Assembly: GCA_035380905.1 (NCBI GenBank)
Contig: DAOSYC010000001.1
Coordinates: 30,207-94,206 of the forward strand
Origin: Spirochaetota bacterium
GTDB taxonomy: Bacteria; Spirochaetota; UBA4802; JAGODF01
DNA: 64,000 bases
Direction of reading: 5' to 3'
The position numbers were made by a program, and so were the translations under genes. The notes beneath the pieces were generated by a model. It ran no database searches, was not told the DNA's origin, and saw only the letters and a list, made by a program, of their open reading frames with translations. The stretch's first letter is position 1. Every line of letters starts with the position of its first letter. Below are positions 10,339 to 19,278 of this stretch, in pieces.

Positions 10339-10871
10339 TTCTGTTCTCCGTAGAATAAATCATGAAACGATACAGTACCGTCACTTGAAAAAGTCAAGGT
10401 AAAAAAGCCAATACCTGTTGGCGGCTTCTCTAACTTCCAGGATGAATTGCGGGAAACAAAGCGGCCTCAGTTACATACTACCCTGTGCATTCCCGGCGGA
10501 GCCGTATCACGAATGGTTCTCAAGTAATTCGCCGAATATCCCGAGTTGGTAATATCCGGTTTTTTTAAGTGCCCCGTATACACTGGTTCTCCATGTACAA
10601 ATGGACGCTCCAATACTGTTTCCGTCCCCGGGGATTACGATTACAATATATATAAATTTGTATATGCTTATTGCTATCTGCGTTATCACGAAGCACTGTA
10701 AGGAATAATTGAATTGTTGCTGATTAAATGGTACACTATTGATTGCCCGCATTTTTTATTTGAATTCTTACGGGTCATGTACTGCTATTGCATATACCGC
10801 ATGACACAGATCATGCACCGCTCCGGCGACATCATACCGCAGCGTATTTTATTCAGGAACACGGACACGAC

Positions 10872-12740
10872 ATGAGACGGGAATATGACGTAATAGTAAT
10901 CGGCGCAGGACATGCCGGCGCTGAAGCAGCACTTGCCGCCGCGAGGATGGGACACCCCACACTGATGCTTACCGGCAACCTTGATACAATATGCCAGATG
11001 AGCTGCAACCCCGCAATTGGCGGCCTTGCCAAGGGACATCTCGTAAGGGAGATTGACGCCATGGGAGGCGAGATGGGAAAAACCATCGACGCCACTGGCA
11101 TCCATTTCAAGATGCTTAACATGAGCAAGGGACCCGCGGTCTGGGCCCCCAGGGCGCAGGCGGACAAGAAGGCATACCAGTTCCGGATGAAGGAGGTCAT
11201 GGAGAAACAGAAAAACCTCACTATCATTCAGGACATTGCGGCATCCCTCATTTCGGAACACAATACAATGCAGGGTGTTATTACGGTACGTCAGCAGGAG
11301 CATCGGGCAAAGGCTGTTATCCTCTGCACCGGGACCTTCCTCAAGGGACTTATTCACATCGGGGAATACAACGAACGCTGCGGAAGGCTCGGCGACTTTT
11401 CCGCGGAACATCTCTCAGATTCACTCCGCACCCTGGGTTTCCCGGTACTCCGTCTCAAGACCGGCACACCCCAGCGGGTCAACGGCGACACGATTGACTT
11501 TTCCCGGTGCGAGATTCAGCATCCCGACGAGACCCCGCATCCTTTTTCCTATACCACGGAACGCATCGACCGCCCCCAGATACCCTGCTGGATAACTTAC
11601 ACCTCCGCGGAGACACATGAAATTATCAACAGGAACATCCACCGCTCTCCGCTGTACGGGGGGAAGATAAAAGGGACCGGCCCGCGATACTGTCCGTCAA
11701 TAGAGGACAAGGTGGTGCGTTTCTCGGACAAGCCCCGCCACCAGCTTTTTCTGGAACCGGAGGGCCTTGAAACCAACGAATACTATATCAACGGGTTTTC
11801 GAGCTCCCTCCCGGAGGACGTGCAGCTTGAGATGGTACGGACCATACGCGGCCTTGAGAACGTGGAGGTAATGCGGCCAGCCTATGCCGTAGAATACGAC
11901 TTTGTGCCCCCCACGGAACTGAAAGCAACACTTGAAACCAAACGCATTGAAGGCCTTTACCATGCCGGCCAGATAAACGGCACCTCGGGATACGAGGAGG
12001 CCGCTGCCCAGGGATTTATTGCGGCGGTGAACGCGGTACGGAAAATCAGGGGCGACGAACCGCTGATAATAACCCGCTCCGAGGCATACACGGGGGTCCT
12101 CATTGACGACCTTATAACAAAAGGCGCAGAGGAACCCTACCGCCTGTTTACGTCCCGGGCGGAACACCGCCTCCTCCTCCGCCAGGACAACGCGGACCAG
12201 CGCCTTATGAAATACGGGCACGAACTTGGACTTATTCCCGATGACCGCATGGAAGCAATGAAGGAGAAATACAGCCGTGCGGATGCGCTCATTGATTCAT
12301 TTTCAAAGACAATGATCACCGTGGACGAAGCCCTCGCCTCTATCATTGAACAACGCGGTTCCACGGCACGTCCCGGCGAGAAGCTCCCCGCGAGCAAGCT
12401 CCTGAAACGGCCGGAAATTAAAATTGCCGACCTGACCCCCTACTTCAGCGGTGAAATTGCCGGGGACATTGCCCCGGTCGTTGAAATGGTAATCAAATAT
12501 GAAGGATACATCAAAAAGGACATGGACCGGATCAAAAAGTTTGAAAAGATCGAAACCATGAAAATCCCGGATGACCTTAACTATAGCGAAATAAAAGGGC
12601 TCAAGAATGAAGCCCGCGAGAAACTGGCACGCATCAGGCCCCAGACCGCAGGTCAGGCCATGAGAATATCCGGGGTCGACCCTTCCGATATCTCAATACT
12701 GATCGTCCATCTCGAATCAATCCTAAGGAAGAAGAGGTAG
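10872..12740 (+). CDS. mnmG: tRNA uridine-5-carboxymethylaminomethyl modification enzyme MnmG (GidA)
   Basis: [30 protein letters not shown]-binding N-terminus with MnmG-typical conservation throughout. I chose the ATG at 10872 over the ORF-track start at 10788, because the upstream 28 codons are His/Pro-rich with no counterpart in MnmG. This gene is about 55% GC, against about 38% for the window. Confidence 0.9.
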   Translation: MRREYDVIVIGAGHAGAEAALAAARMGHPTLMLTGNLDTICQMSCNPAIGGLAKGHLVREIDAMGGEMGKTIDATGIHFKMLNMSKGPAVWAPRAQADKKAYQFRMKEVMEKQKNLTIIQDIAASLISEHNTMQGVITVRQQEHRAKAVILCTGTFLKGLIHIGEYNERCGRLGDFSAEHLSDSLRTLGFPVLRLKTGTPQRVNGDTIDFSRCEIQHPDETPHPFSYTTERIDRPQIPCWITYTSAETHEIINRNIHRSPLYGGKIKGTGPRYCPSIEDKVVRFSDKPRHQLFLEPEGLETNEYYINGFSSSLPEDVQLEMVRTIRGLENVEVMRPAYAVEYDFVPPTELKATLETKRIEGLYHAGQINGTSGYEEAAAQGFIAAVNAVRKIRGDEPLIITRSEAYTGVLIDDLITKGAEEPYRLFTSRAEHRLLLRQDNADQRLMKYGHELGLIPDDRMEAMKEKYSRADALIDSFSKTMITVDEALASIIEQRGSTARPGEKLPASKLLKRPEIKIADLTPYFSGEIAGDIAPVVEMVIKYEGYIKKDMDRIKKFEKIETMKIPDDLNYSEIKGLKNEAREKLARIRPQTAGQAMRISGVDPSDISILIVHLESILRKKR

Positions 12741-12747
12741 TTTCCAC

Positions 12748-13488
12748 GTGGAACACACAACACTAACAGCACTTGCCGGAGACAGAGGACTGTCTCTGGA
12801 TATTGGAAATGCGGATAAACTTATCCGGTACGGAACAATGATCCATGCATCAAACTCCCTGTTTAACCTCACGGGAATGAAATCCCCCGAGGACATCATC
12901 ACGACACTGCTCCTGGAAAGCATAACCCCCCTATGCGACATAAATGTTCCACGTGGAACATCTGTTGCCGACATCGGGACCGGCTCGGGGATCCCCGGCA
13001 TTCCCCTTGCGATCATGTTCAGCGGGCTCTATTTTACTTTATTTGACTCAAACGGAAAGAAGTGCAGATTTATTAACGAAGCAGCACAGTCTCTCGGCCT
13101 CGGTAACGTTACTGTCGTTGAGGGCCGCGCGGAAGAGCTGCTGCAGAAACCGGAATACCGGGAGCGTTTCGGGCTGTCTGTTTCCCGGGCCCTTGCCCAC
13201 CCATACGCCGCTGCCGAACTTTGTATTCCCGCAGTACGGCCCGGGGGGTTGATATATATCTACTCTCATCTTACAACCCTGGACCTTCCGGTGGAAATAA
13301 CGGGCCACATACAGGAGCTCGGCGCATCTCCGGTACCTTTTGATTCATATTTCAGTTATGGAATCAACCCCGGCGGTATTCTCATGAAAAAGACGACGGC
13401 AACCCCTTCCCGCTTTCCGCGGCGCTTTGCGGCAATCAAAAGAGACGCCGGGAAGATAATAGTGGAGGCGTCTCCGGCTGAAGTATAA
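12748..13488 (+). CDS. rsmG: 16S rRNA (guanine527-N7)-methyltransferase RsmG (GidB)
   Basis: GTG start 8 nt after the mnmG stop. Has the DIGTGSGIPGIPLAI SAM-binding motif and FTLFDSNGKKCRFI. The mnmG-rsmG pairing is classical. Confidence 0.85.
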   Translation: MEHTTLTALAGDRGLSLDIGNADKLIRYGTMIHASNSLFNLTGMKSPEDIITTLLLESITPLCDINVPRGTSVADIGTGSGIPGIPLAIMFSGLYFTLFDSNGKKCRFINEAAQSLGLGNVTVVEGRAEELLQKPEYRERFGLSVSRALAHPYAAAELCIPAVRPGGLIYIYSHLTTLDLPVEITGHIQELGASPVPFDSYFSYGINPGGILMKKTTATPSRFPRRFAAIKRDAGKIIVEASPAEV

Positions 13489-13514
13489 AGCGTATTACAC
13501 AAAGTACCTTTGCC

Positions 13515-13547
13515 GGCCCGCCGGGATTTACCAAATCCCGGCGGGCC
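13515..13547. repeat. Perfect 12-bp GC hairpin (ggcccgccggga / tcccggcgggcc, 9-nt loop) 27 nt downstream of rsmG, lacking a U tract
   Basis: Read directly from the sequence. Candidate terminator or REP-like element at the start of a roughly 1.1-kb ORF-free region. Confidence 0.4.
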
Positions 13548-14589
13548 CATGCCCTAACCACCGCACTAAAATTACACCACATTCTGTATTTCCCCTCAGC
13601 CCGGTCGATGTGTTGCAACAGCAGGTAGTACACGATAACGGTGCACAGCACATTGATACAGCATCCTCCATCACCTCTACATCATCCGGAAATACCAGAT
13701 GCGTGTCCTGCCGCCCGCTACTATGTTGACCCGAACTTTAAAAGATATTTCCCCCAAGGAGACAACCCGAAACACGCGCATTCCATAACATCCGCTATGT
13801 TTATGGTGCCCCCGCAATACTTTCGTTTTGAAAATCCTTTTCTCTGTTCACATCATTATTGCATCTCCGATAATCACCCGCCTCCCGTACACGGGCACCA
13901 TCGCTTCTGGTACATCTGCAATCATAATGATTACAGGTTGTATTTATGTTTCCCTTCGATTATCCCGTGAAATGATACCATAGAAAAGGAAGTTGCTTCT
14001 TTCTATTTTCAATACTCTGCACACTGCTATAACGAATTTACCTGAAACAACAGTTACACATGATTGGCATGATTACCCAAACAGCAATCTCATGAATCCT
14101 GTATTCAGAGTATCCCTGTGTCTCCGGCTTCCCTCTGTAGAGATTTTTTTATTACATGTATCTTACGGAAGAAGGGAATGCGCCATTATACGTTTCAATA
14201 TTTCCAGCATATCTCTTGTTTACTTAAAGCTCTTTCCAAAATATAAAACGATTCACCCCGGCATCGCGCCAACCCTTCCCGTTGCAGTTCATTATATAGA
14301 ATACATGAGCGATACATCATCACGACTGACCCCACCATGACATGCATCTTCATCAGCATATCATCATCGACCTTCACCCCATCCTGGCTTCCCGGTTCAC
14401 TGTATAGATGCGTCTCAAATAATACATAAATACAGTTGCATCACAGGTATTGCATGAAGGGATGTCCGGCATTATAAGCCAATTGCCCCGCCCCTGCTCT
14501 TCCGCTCCCTGTATACACTTGACATCCTCCTGCATCCATAGTATCGATTATTATATTGATTGTCACTTTCCCTGTAATGGAGTCATAGT

Positions 14590-15168
14590 ATGAAAGTCCT
14601 TATACGCGGGGGCAGCATTGCCGCAGGGGTCCTGGCCGGTGTGTGTTATTCGCATTTACTGAAAGAAGCTTTTTCTGAGTCCGGGATTGAGATAATAAAC
14701 CACTCCCGTGAGAAAGACTCCTCCTTCGAGGGAGTATGGAGCTTTTACGATGACATTGATCCCGTAAAGCCGGATATCCTGATACTCCACTTCGGCCTTG
14801 ATGACATGTACAGACCGGTGTACCGGTCCGAGTTCAAGGAAAACCTCGTTCAGATTGTACGCCTTGCGCGGCAGCGGTGTAATCCGGAGATTGCCCTCCT
14901 CACCTCTCAGCCTTTCGAGGACAACGGAGAAATGGACACCGCACAGATATATTACCGCACCATCCGTGAAGTGGCTCTTGATCTGCAATGCACATATGTT
15001 CCAGTACATCTTCTCTGGGCGGGCTATCTTTCAGAAACCGGACAACGCCACCGGGACCTGGTCAATACCGATTATCGCTATCCCAATGATGCAGGGCACC
15101 GGCTCTTTTTCGATATCCTTTACGAAAGAATAGTATCAAAGATACAGGGAGCCCAACGGGAAGAATAA
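14590..15168 (+). CDS. Putative SGNH/GDSL-like hydrolase
   Basis: RBS GGAG 7 nt upstream. Has VLIRGGSIAAG (block-I-like Ser), ILILHFGLDDM, and a C-terminal NDAGHRLF (DxxH block V). The assignment is moderate because block III GxND is not evident. Confidence 0.45.
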   Translation: MKVLIRGGSIAAGVLAGVCYSHLLKEAFSESGIEIINHSREKDSSFEGVWSFYDDIDPVKPDILILHFGLDDMYRPVYRSEFKENLVQIVRLARQRCNPEIALLTSQPFEDNGEMDTAQIYYRTIREVALDLQCTYVPVHLLWAGYLSETGQRHRDLVNTDYRYPNDAGHRLFFDILYERIVSKIQGAQREE

Positions 15169-15292
15169 TTTTTCTGCAGTGATTTTTTTTTGTTTGCATC
15201 ATCATTGTTGATTTAATTAAGTATTGGAAACAACAGCATAATAAATCCAGCGCCCTGTGGAAACAGGGCATGTAAAATTAAAGGGAAGGAAT

Positions 15293-15574
15293 ATGAGCGT
15301 AATAATCAAAGACATCCAGAAAAATTCAAAAGAGATAATACGTGTCGAAGTTTCTGAATTCAAGGGAAGGGAGCTGATCAATCTCCGCATATGGTTTCAG
15401 GCAATCGATCCGGGCGGTGACTATGTGTACAAACCCTCACAAAAAGGAGTGACGCTCAACGTGTCCCAATTCGAGGAGCTGAAGGACGCTGTTGAAAAAA
15501 TAGGCAACTACCTGAAGGACAAGGAAGCCGGGCTTGTAGTATCAGAAGACTCCGGAGAAACACCGGAAGAATAA
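15293..15574 (+). CDS. PC4/YdbC-like ssDNA-binding protein family (bacterial transcriptional coactivator p15-like fold)
   Basis: RBS AAGGGAAGGA. Translates as MSVIIKDIQKNSKEIIRVEVSEFKGRELINLRIWFQAIDPGGDYVYKPSQKGVTLNVSQFEELKDAVEKI, which matches the YdbC/PC4 pattern (EFKG...D.R.W...G...PTKKGI.L...QF..L). I chose the internal ATG at 15293 over the ORF-track start at 15257. Confidence 0.55.
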   Translation: MSVIIKDIQKNSKEIIRVEVSEFKGRELINLRIWFQAIDPGGDYVYKPSQKGVTLNVSQFEELKDAVEKIGNYLKDKEAGLVVSEDSGETPEE

Positions 15575-15613
15575 ATATCGTAATGACATTTTTATCGTCC
15601 TTGTATCTCATGA

Positions 15614-15646
15614 AAAGCGCACCACGTGGTGCGCTTTTCTTTTTCC
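15614..15646 (+). terminator. Rho-independent terminator after the PC4-like gene
   Basis: aaaagcgcaccacgtggtgcgctttt is a perfect stem, followed by ttctttttcc. Confidence 0.8.
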
Positions 15647-15792
15647 ATTATCATACGATACAGCAGGCGAATCAATATCATCCCGGTAAAATTTACAATA
15701 TATCTTGAAAAAATGATTCTCTTTCTCAACGAATATTATTACAGTATCCCGGTCATTATAGTATACGAATTATTATATTTTTCAGGAGGCAC

Positions 15793-15964
15793 CATGAGAG
15801 AAATCCGCGCAAAACTTATGACCATCAACAGGGAGCACCATGACCCGGAGATCCTTCAACTTCTTGACTTGATCGCCTGGAAGCTTGAGGAATACGAAAA
15901 CAGAATCATCAATCTTGACAGGGTAATGCGTGACATTCTCACAGACAGAAGACCGTCGATGTAA
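15793..15964 (+). CDS. Small (57 aa) hypothetical helical protein immediately upstream of lexA
   Basis: Strong RBS (caGGAGGcacc ATG). Translates as MREIRAKLMTINREHHDPEILQLLDLIAWKLEEYENRIINLDRVMRDILTDRRPSM. The stop lies 70 nt before the lexA start, in the same orientation. No recognisable domain. Confidence 0.4.
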
Positions 15965-15974
15965 AAAAAAATGC

Positions 15975-16003
15975 TTGACACCATACGCATTATTGCTAAT
16001 CAT
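15975..16003 (+). promoter_or_regulatory. Candidate sigma70-type promoter for lexA (-35 TTGACA, 17-nt spacer, -10-like AATCAT)
   Basis: Perfect TTGACA at 15975-15980. The -10 is weak and alternatives exist (TATGTA further downstream). No recognisable LexA palindrome was found by eye. Confidence 0.3.
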
Positions 16004-16034
16004 ATGTATATATTTCAATCCGGGGGAATCGGCA

Positions 16035-16643
16035 ATGGCAAAGGAACTTACACTGAAGCAGGAAGCAATATTTAATTTTATCAAGGACACAATCAGTGAG
16101 TCCGGATATCCTCCGACAGTGAGGGAAATCGGTGAGAACTTTCAAATAACGGTGAAAGGCGCATACGATCACCTCAAGGCGATAGAAAAAAAAGGCTTCA
16201 TTAAATGCACGCAAAACAAGTCCCGAGCCATTGAACTTCTTGTTGACCGTGAAGTACAGATACCCTCTGATACAGTATTGATTCCTCTCGTGGGAAGAAT
16301 TGCAGCCGGCGCCCCCCTCCTCGCTGAGGAATGTATTGATGAATACCTCAGCTTCCCGAAAGCAATGTTCAAGGGAGGAGAGTTTTTTGCCCTTACAGTG
16401 AAAGGCGACTCGATGATTGAAAAGGGAATCAATGATGGTGATATCGCGGTTATTAGAAAACAGAATACCGCCAATAACGGAGAGATCGTCGCCGCACTTC
16501 TTGATGATGAAGCAACATTGAAGGTGTTCAAAAAATCCGGAAATAAAATACAGCTCATTCCCGCAAATCCCTCATACACGCCAATCATCACTGACGGCGT
16601 CGAGATACTTGGAAAACTGTTTTCAATATTCAGACGATACTGA
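16035..16643 (+). CDS. lexA: LexA repressor (SOS regulator, S24 peptidase)
   Basis: MAKELTLKQEAIFNFIKDTISESGYPPTVREIGE is the winged-HTH region. The autocleavage region is VGRIAAGAP with Ala-Gly and Ser/Lys dyad context (VKGDSMIEKGINDGDIAV...ATLKVF). I chose the ATG at 16035 over the ORF-track start at 15930. Confidence 0.9.
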   Translation: MAKELTLKQEAIFNFIKDTISESGYPPTVREIGENFQITVKGAYDHLKAIEKKGFIKCTQNKSRAIELLVDREVQIPSDTVLIPLVGRIAAGAPLLAEECIDEYLSFPKAMFKGGEFFALTVKGDSMIEKGINDGDIAVIRKQNTANNGEIVAALLDDEATLKVFKKSGNKIQLIPANPSYTPIITDGVEILGKLFSIFRRY

Positions 16644-16749
16644 CAGCTCCGGAACCATATCATTTTTTTATTTTTTTCACTGAAAATATTGTTTACCGCA
16701 TTCCGCATCACCCCTATTGTACATGCATACCTCAATTACAGTAGTATCT

Positions 16750-18045
16750 ATGAACGAAAATATATATACAATAACCGAACTAACACGCCTGCTAAAGGCA
16801 TATATCGAAAAGGCTCCTGCGTTTAACGGTGTATGGGTTTCAGGAGAAATTTCAAATGTGACCTATCACTCTTCCGGTCATATATATCTTACCCTGAAAG
16901 ATGAAAATGCTGTTCTCTCTTCTGTTTTTTTCAAGTATGCGAACAGAAACCTTACCTTCAGGCTGGAAGAAGGTATGAGTGTGTTTGCACAGGGTAATCT
17001 CACAGTTTTTGAGAAACGGGGAAGTTATCAGTTCATTATATCGCAGCTCAAACTTGAAGGGATTGGTGAACTGCAGAAACAGATTGAACAGCTGAAGAAA
17101 AAACTCCTTGAAGAAGGTATTTTTGATCCTGCCCGGAAACGGCCCCTTCCCTTTCTTCCGAAACGGATAGGTATCGTTACATCCCCCACCGGCGCTGCGG
17201 TGCGTGATATCATAAAAGTCGCAAAACGCCGGTATCCCGACATTGAAATACTCATAGCTCCGGCAAAGGTTCAGGGGGCGGATGCCGGTATATCTATTGT
17301 AAATGCCATCGAGGAGCTGAACCGTCCGGAATGGAACATTGACATAATAATTGCAGGGAGGGGGGGCGGTTCCTTTGAAGACCTCATGGCGTTCAATGAA
17401 GAGGCCGTTGTGCGTGCTTTTTTCAATTCCCGTGTACCAATTATTTCAGCCGTGGGACACCAGGTGGACCATCCCCTTTCAGACGATTCAGCTGATGTCT
17501 GTGCACCAACACCCTCTGCCGCAGCTGAAATAGCAATCCCTGTGAAGGATGAACTTATCGATTATCTTTTTAACTTAAGGGGACGTTCATACACAGCCCT
17601 TCTTTCACGAATACGTGAACTTAATTTTCATGTCGACGGGTTTACCCGTCAGAGGGTGTTTAGAAATCCCCTTGAAATAGTCAGTAACAGAAATTTATTA
17701 CTGGATGACACTGAAAAAAGATTGATCTTCGCGATGCGGGATATTATCAACACAGGAAGAAACAATGTCCTTGTGCTTCCGGATCTCGTAAGGATGATGC
17801 ACAATGTAATAAAAGACAAAACGCATGGATACCTTGTCGCAGTCAACAGCCTGGAAAAACTATCTCCTCTTTCCGTAATGAAACGGGGTTTTGCGATTGC
17901 GGCAGACAGTGGAAGGAATATTGTCAGAAGCATCCGGGACATAGAGCGTGGTGAAGATATAAATGTCTTTCTCTCTGACGGGTCCCTGGAATGCACTGTG
18001 AATTCAAAGACAGGTGAACAGTTTCATGGAAAAGAAAAAAACTAA
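16750..18045 (+). CDS. xseA: Exodeoxyribonuclease VII large subunit
   Basis: YTITELTRLLKAYIE...VWVSGEISNVTYHSSGHIYLTLKD is the OB-fold N-terminus, followed by the catalytic GIVTSPTGAAVRDI...RGGGS region. Confidence 0.9.
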   Translation: MNENIYTITELTRLLKAYIEKAPAFNGVWVSGEISNVTYHSSGHIYLTLKDENAVLSSVFFKYANRNLTFRLEEGMSVFAQGNLTVFEKRGSYQFIISQLKLEGIGELQKQIEQLKKKLLEEGIFDPARKRPLPFLPKRIGIVTSPTGAAVRDIIKVAKRRYPDIEILIAPAKVQGADAGISIVNAIEELNRPEWNIDIIIAGRGGGSFEDLMAFNEEAVVRAFFNSRVPIISAVGHQVDHPLSDDSADVCAPTPSAAAEIAIPVKDELIDYLFNLRGRSYTALLSRIRELNFHVDGFTRQRVFRNPLEIVSNRNLLLDDTEKRLIFAMRDIINTGRNNVLVLPDLVRMMHNVIKDKTHGYLVAVNSLEKLSPLSVMKRGFAIAADSGRNIVRSIRDIERGEDINVFLSDGSLECTVNSKTGEQFHGKEKN

Positions 18046-18322
18046 ACCTACATTAACATTTGAACATGCCCTGAAACAGCTTGAAGAAATAACAGATAAT
18101 CTTGAGCGCGGCGCTCTTGGTCTTGATGAGTCAATTGCGGAGTTCGAGAAGGGTATTAAGCTTGCCAGGTTCTGTCATGGCAAACTTGAAGAAGCTGAAA
18201 AGAAAATTGAAATTCTCCAAAAGGGTGATGACGGGAAGATTGCTGCAAAGGAAGTGAAGGTAAAAAATGAAAGTGGCGAAATAGATGATGACGACGTTGA
18301 CCTTCAGGGAACCCTTTTGTAA
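18026..18322 (+). CDS. xseB: Exodeoxyribonuclease VII small subunit
   Basis: MEKKKTKPTLTFEHALKQLEEITDNLERGALGLDESIAEFEKGIKLARFCHGKLEEAEKKIEIL is the XseB helical signature. It overlaps the xseA 3' end by 20 nt. Confidence 0.8.
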   Translation: MEKKKTKPTLTFEHALKQLEEITDNLERGALGLDESIAEFEKGIKLARFCHGKLEEAEKKIEILQKGDDGKIAAKEVKVKNESGEIDDDDVDLQGTLL

Positions 18323-18374
18323 GAATTACTGATTTGCTTGGAACCGAAAATATATTCTCCGGGAGCGACACACA

Positions 18375-18770
18375 ATGAATGGAATCCGCTGTTTATTTAT
18401 TCCAATACTTTTCTGCTGTTGTATTAATATTTCCGGCTGTACCAAACATGAAGCGCTTTCCTTCTGTGAAGGTGTAAATCCTAAGGGGGAAGGTGTCCGG
18501 TGCGGTACAAAGTTTACAACCGGCGATCTCACTGCAGTTGTTGCGTTACAAGAAACTGCCGACATAGATGGATTGAAACTTGTGGTCCTTAAAAAGACAC
18601 AGTTTAAAAGTGAAGCAATTTCAACCTTGAAGCTTCAGACCGGAGCAGAAAAAAAGGCGGCCACAGCCACCCTTTCTCTTTACAATGAAGGGACCTATAC
18701 GGTCCGTGTTATAGGGAAAAACAATTCCGTCATCGCGGAAAAGTCCCTTACGATCATCGACACTTACTGA
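18375..18770 (+). CDS. Hypothetical lipoprotein
   Basis: Signal peptide with lipobox (ILFCCCINISGC-T). No other recognisable domain. Confidence 0.5.
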   Translation: MNGIRCLFIPILFCCCINISGCTKHEALSFCEGVNPKGEGVRCGTKFTTGDLTAVVALQETADIDGLKLVVLKKTQFKSEAISTLKLQTGAEKKAATATLSLYNEGTYTVRVIGKNNSVIAEKSLTIIDTY

Positions 18771-19258
18771 TTTTCATTTTCCGTGACACGTCTCTTTTTT
18801 TCCTGTCGTATAAATTCTATTAAAAGAATTACCGCTCCAATGACAATGACCGAATCCGCAACATTAAACGCCGGCCATCGGAACACGTTATCGTTACCGA
18901 TATACACAAAATCAACGACACCGGGACGCCCGGAAATTCTGTCAAAAATATTTCCCAGTGCTCCTGACACAATAAGCGCCATTGAGTAACAGAAAAGCGG
19001 CTGCTTCTCTTTTTCCAGTACATAGAAGAGCACTAACAGAGCCAGTACCACAATTGATATAATAAGAAAATATGTCTGGTATCCCTGAAGAATACCGAAG
19101 AGCCCGCCCCTGTTATAAATCAGTGTAATTTGAACAAAACTTCCAAAGAGATTTATCCTCTCATGAAGTGCTACATTTGAAACAACAAGGTACTTGGTAA
19201 AAAGATCCAGCGCAAGGGTGGCGACAAGCAGTATTCCCGCAATAATGTGTTTTCTCAT
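18764..19258 (-). CDS. lspA: Lipoprotein signal peptidase (signal peptidase II)
   Basis: MRKHIIAGILL...FGSFVQITLIYNRGGLFGIL...ALGNIFDR...FNVADS are the LspA signatures. It lies downstream of ileS in the classical ileS-lspA arrangement. The ATG at 19258 avoids overlap with ileS. Confidence 0.85.
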   Translation of the reverse strand: MRKHIIAGILLVATLALDLFTKYLVVSNVALHERINLFGSFVQITLIYNRGGLFGILQGYQTYFLIISIVVLALLVLFYVLEKEKQPLFCYSMALIVSGALGNIFDRISGRPGVVDFVYIGNDNVFRWPAFNVADSVIVIGAVILLIEFIRQEKKRRVTENENQ

Positions 19259-19278
19259 AGGTTCTCCTGTATTTTTCG

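Noticed and set aside
10788-10871. N-terminal extensions proposed by the ORF track for mnmG (10788), purM (62678), lspA (19327), xseA (16717), lexA (15930), OmpA-family (31861) and SPFH (58250)
   Set aside because: In each case an internal ATG with a better RBS and/or the expected protein N-terminus exists. For lspA the longer extension would also overlap ileS. The shorter starts were used.
10785-12397. Several long minus-strand ORFs in the track (10785-11411, 10853-11227, 11697-12221, 12137-12397) and plus-strand 11236-11595
   Set aside because: All lie antisense to or out of frame within mnmG, whose high GC content suppresses stop codons. Their translations are Ala/Arg/Pro/Cys-rich nonsense with no start context. 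mnmG is the real gene.
13641-14377. ORF-track candidates 13641-13970, 13993-14340 (plus) and 14195-14377 (minus) in the rsmG-SGNH gap
   Set aside because: No RBS, and His/Pro/Cys-rich low-complexity translations unlike any protein family. Treated as non-coding.
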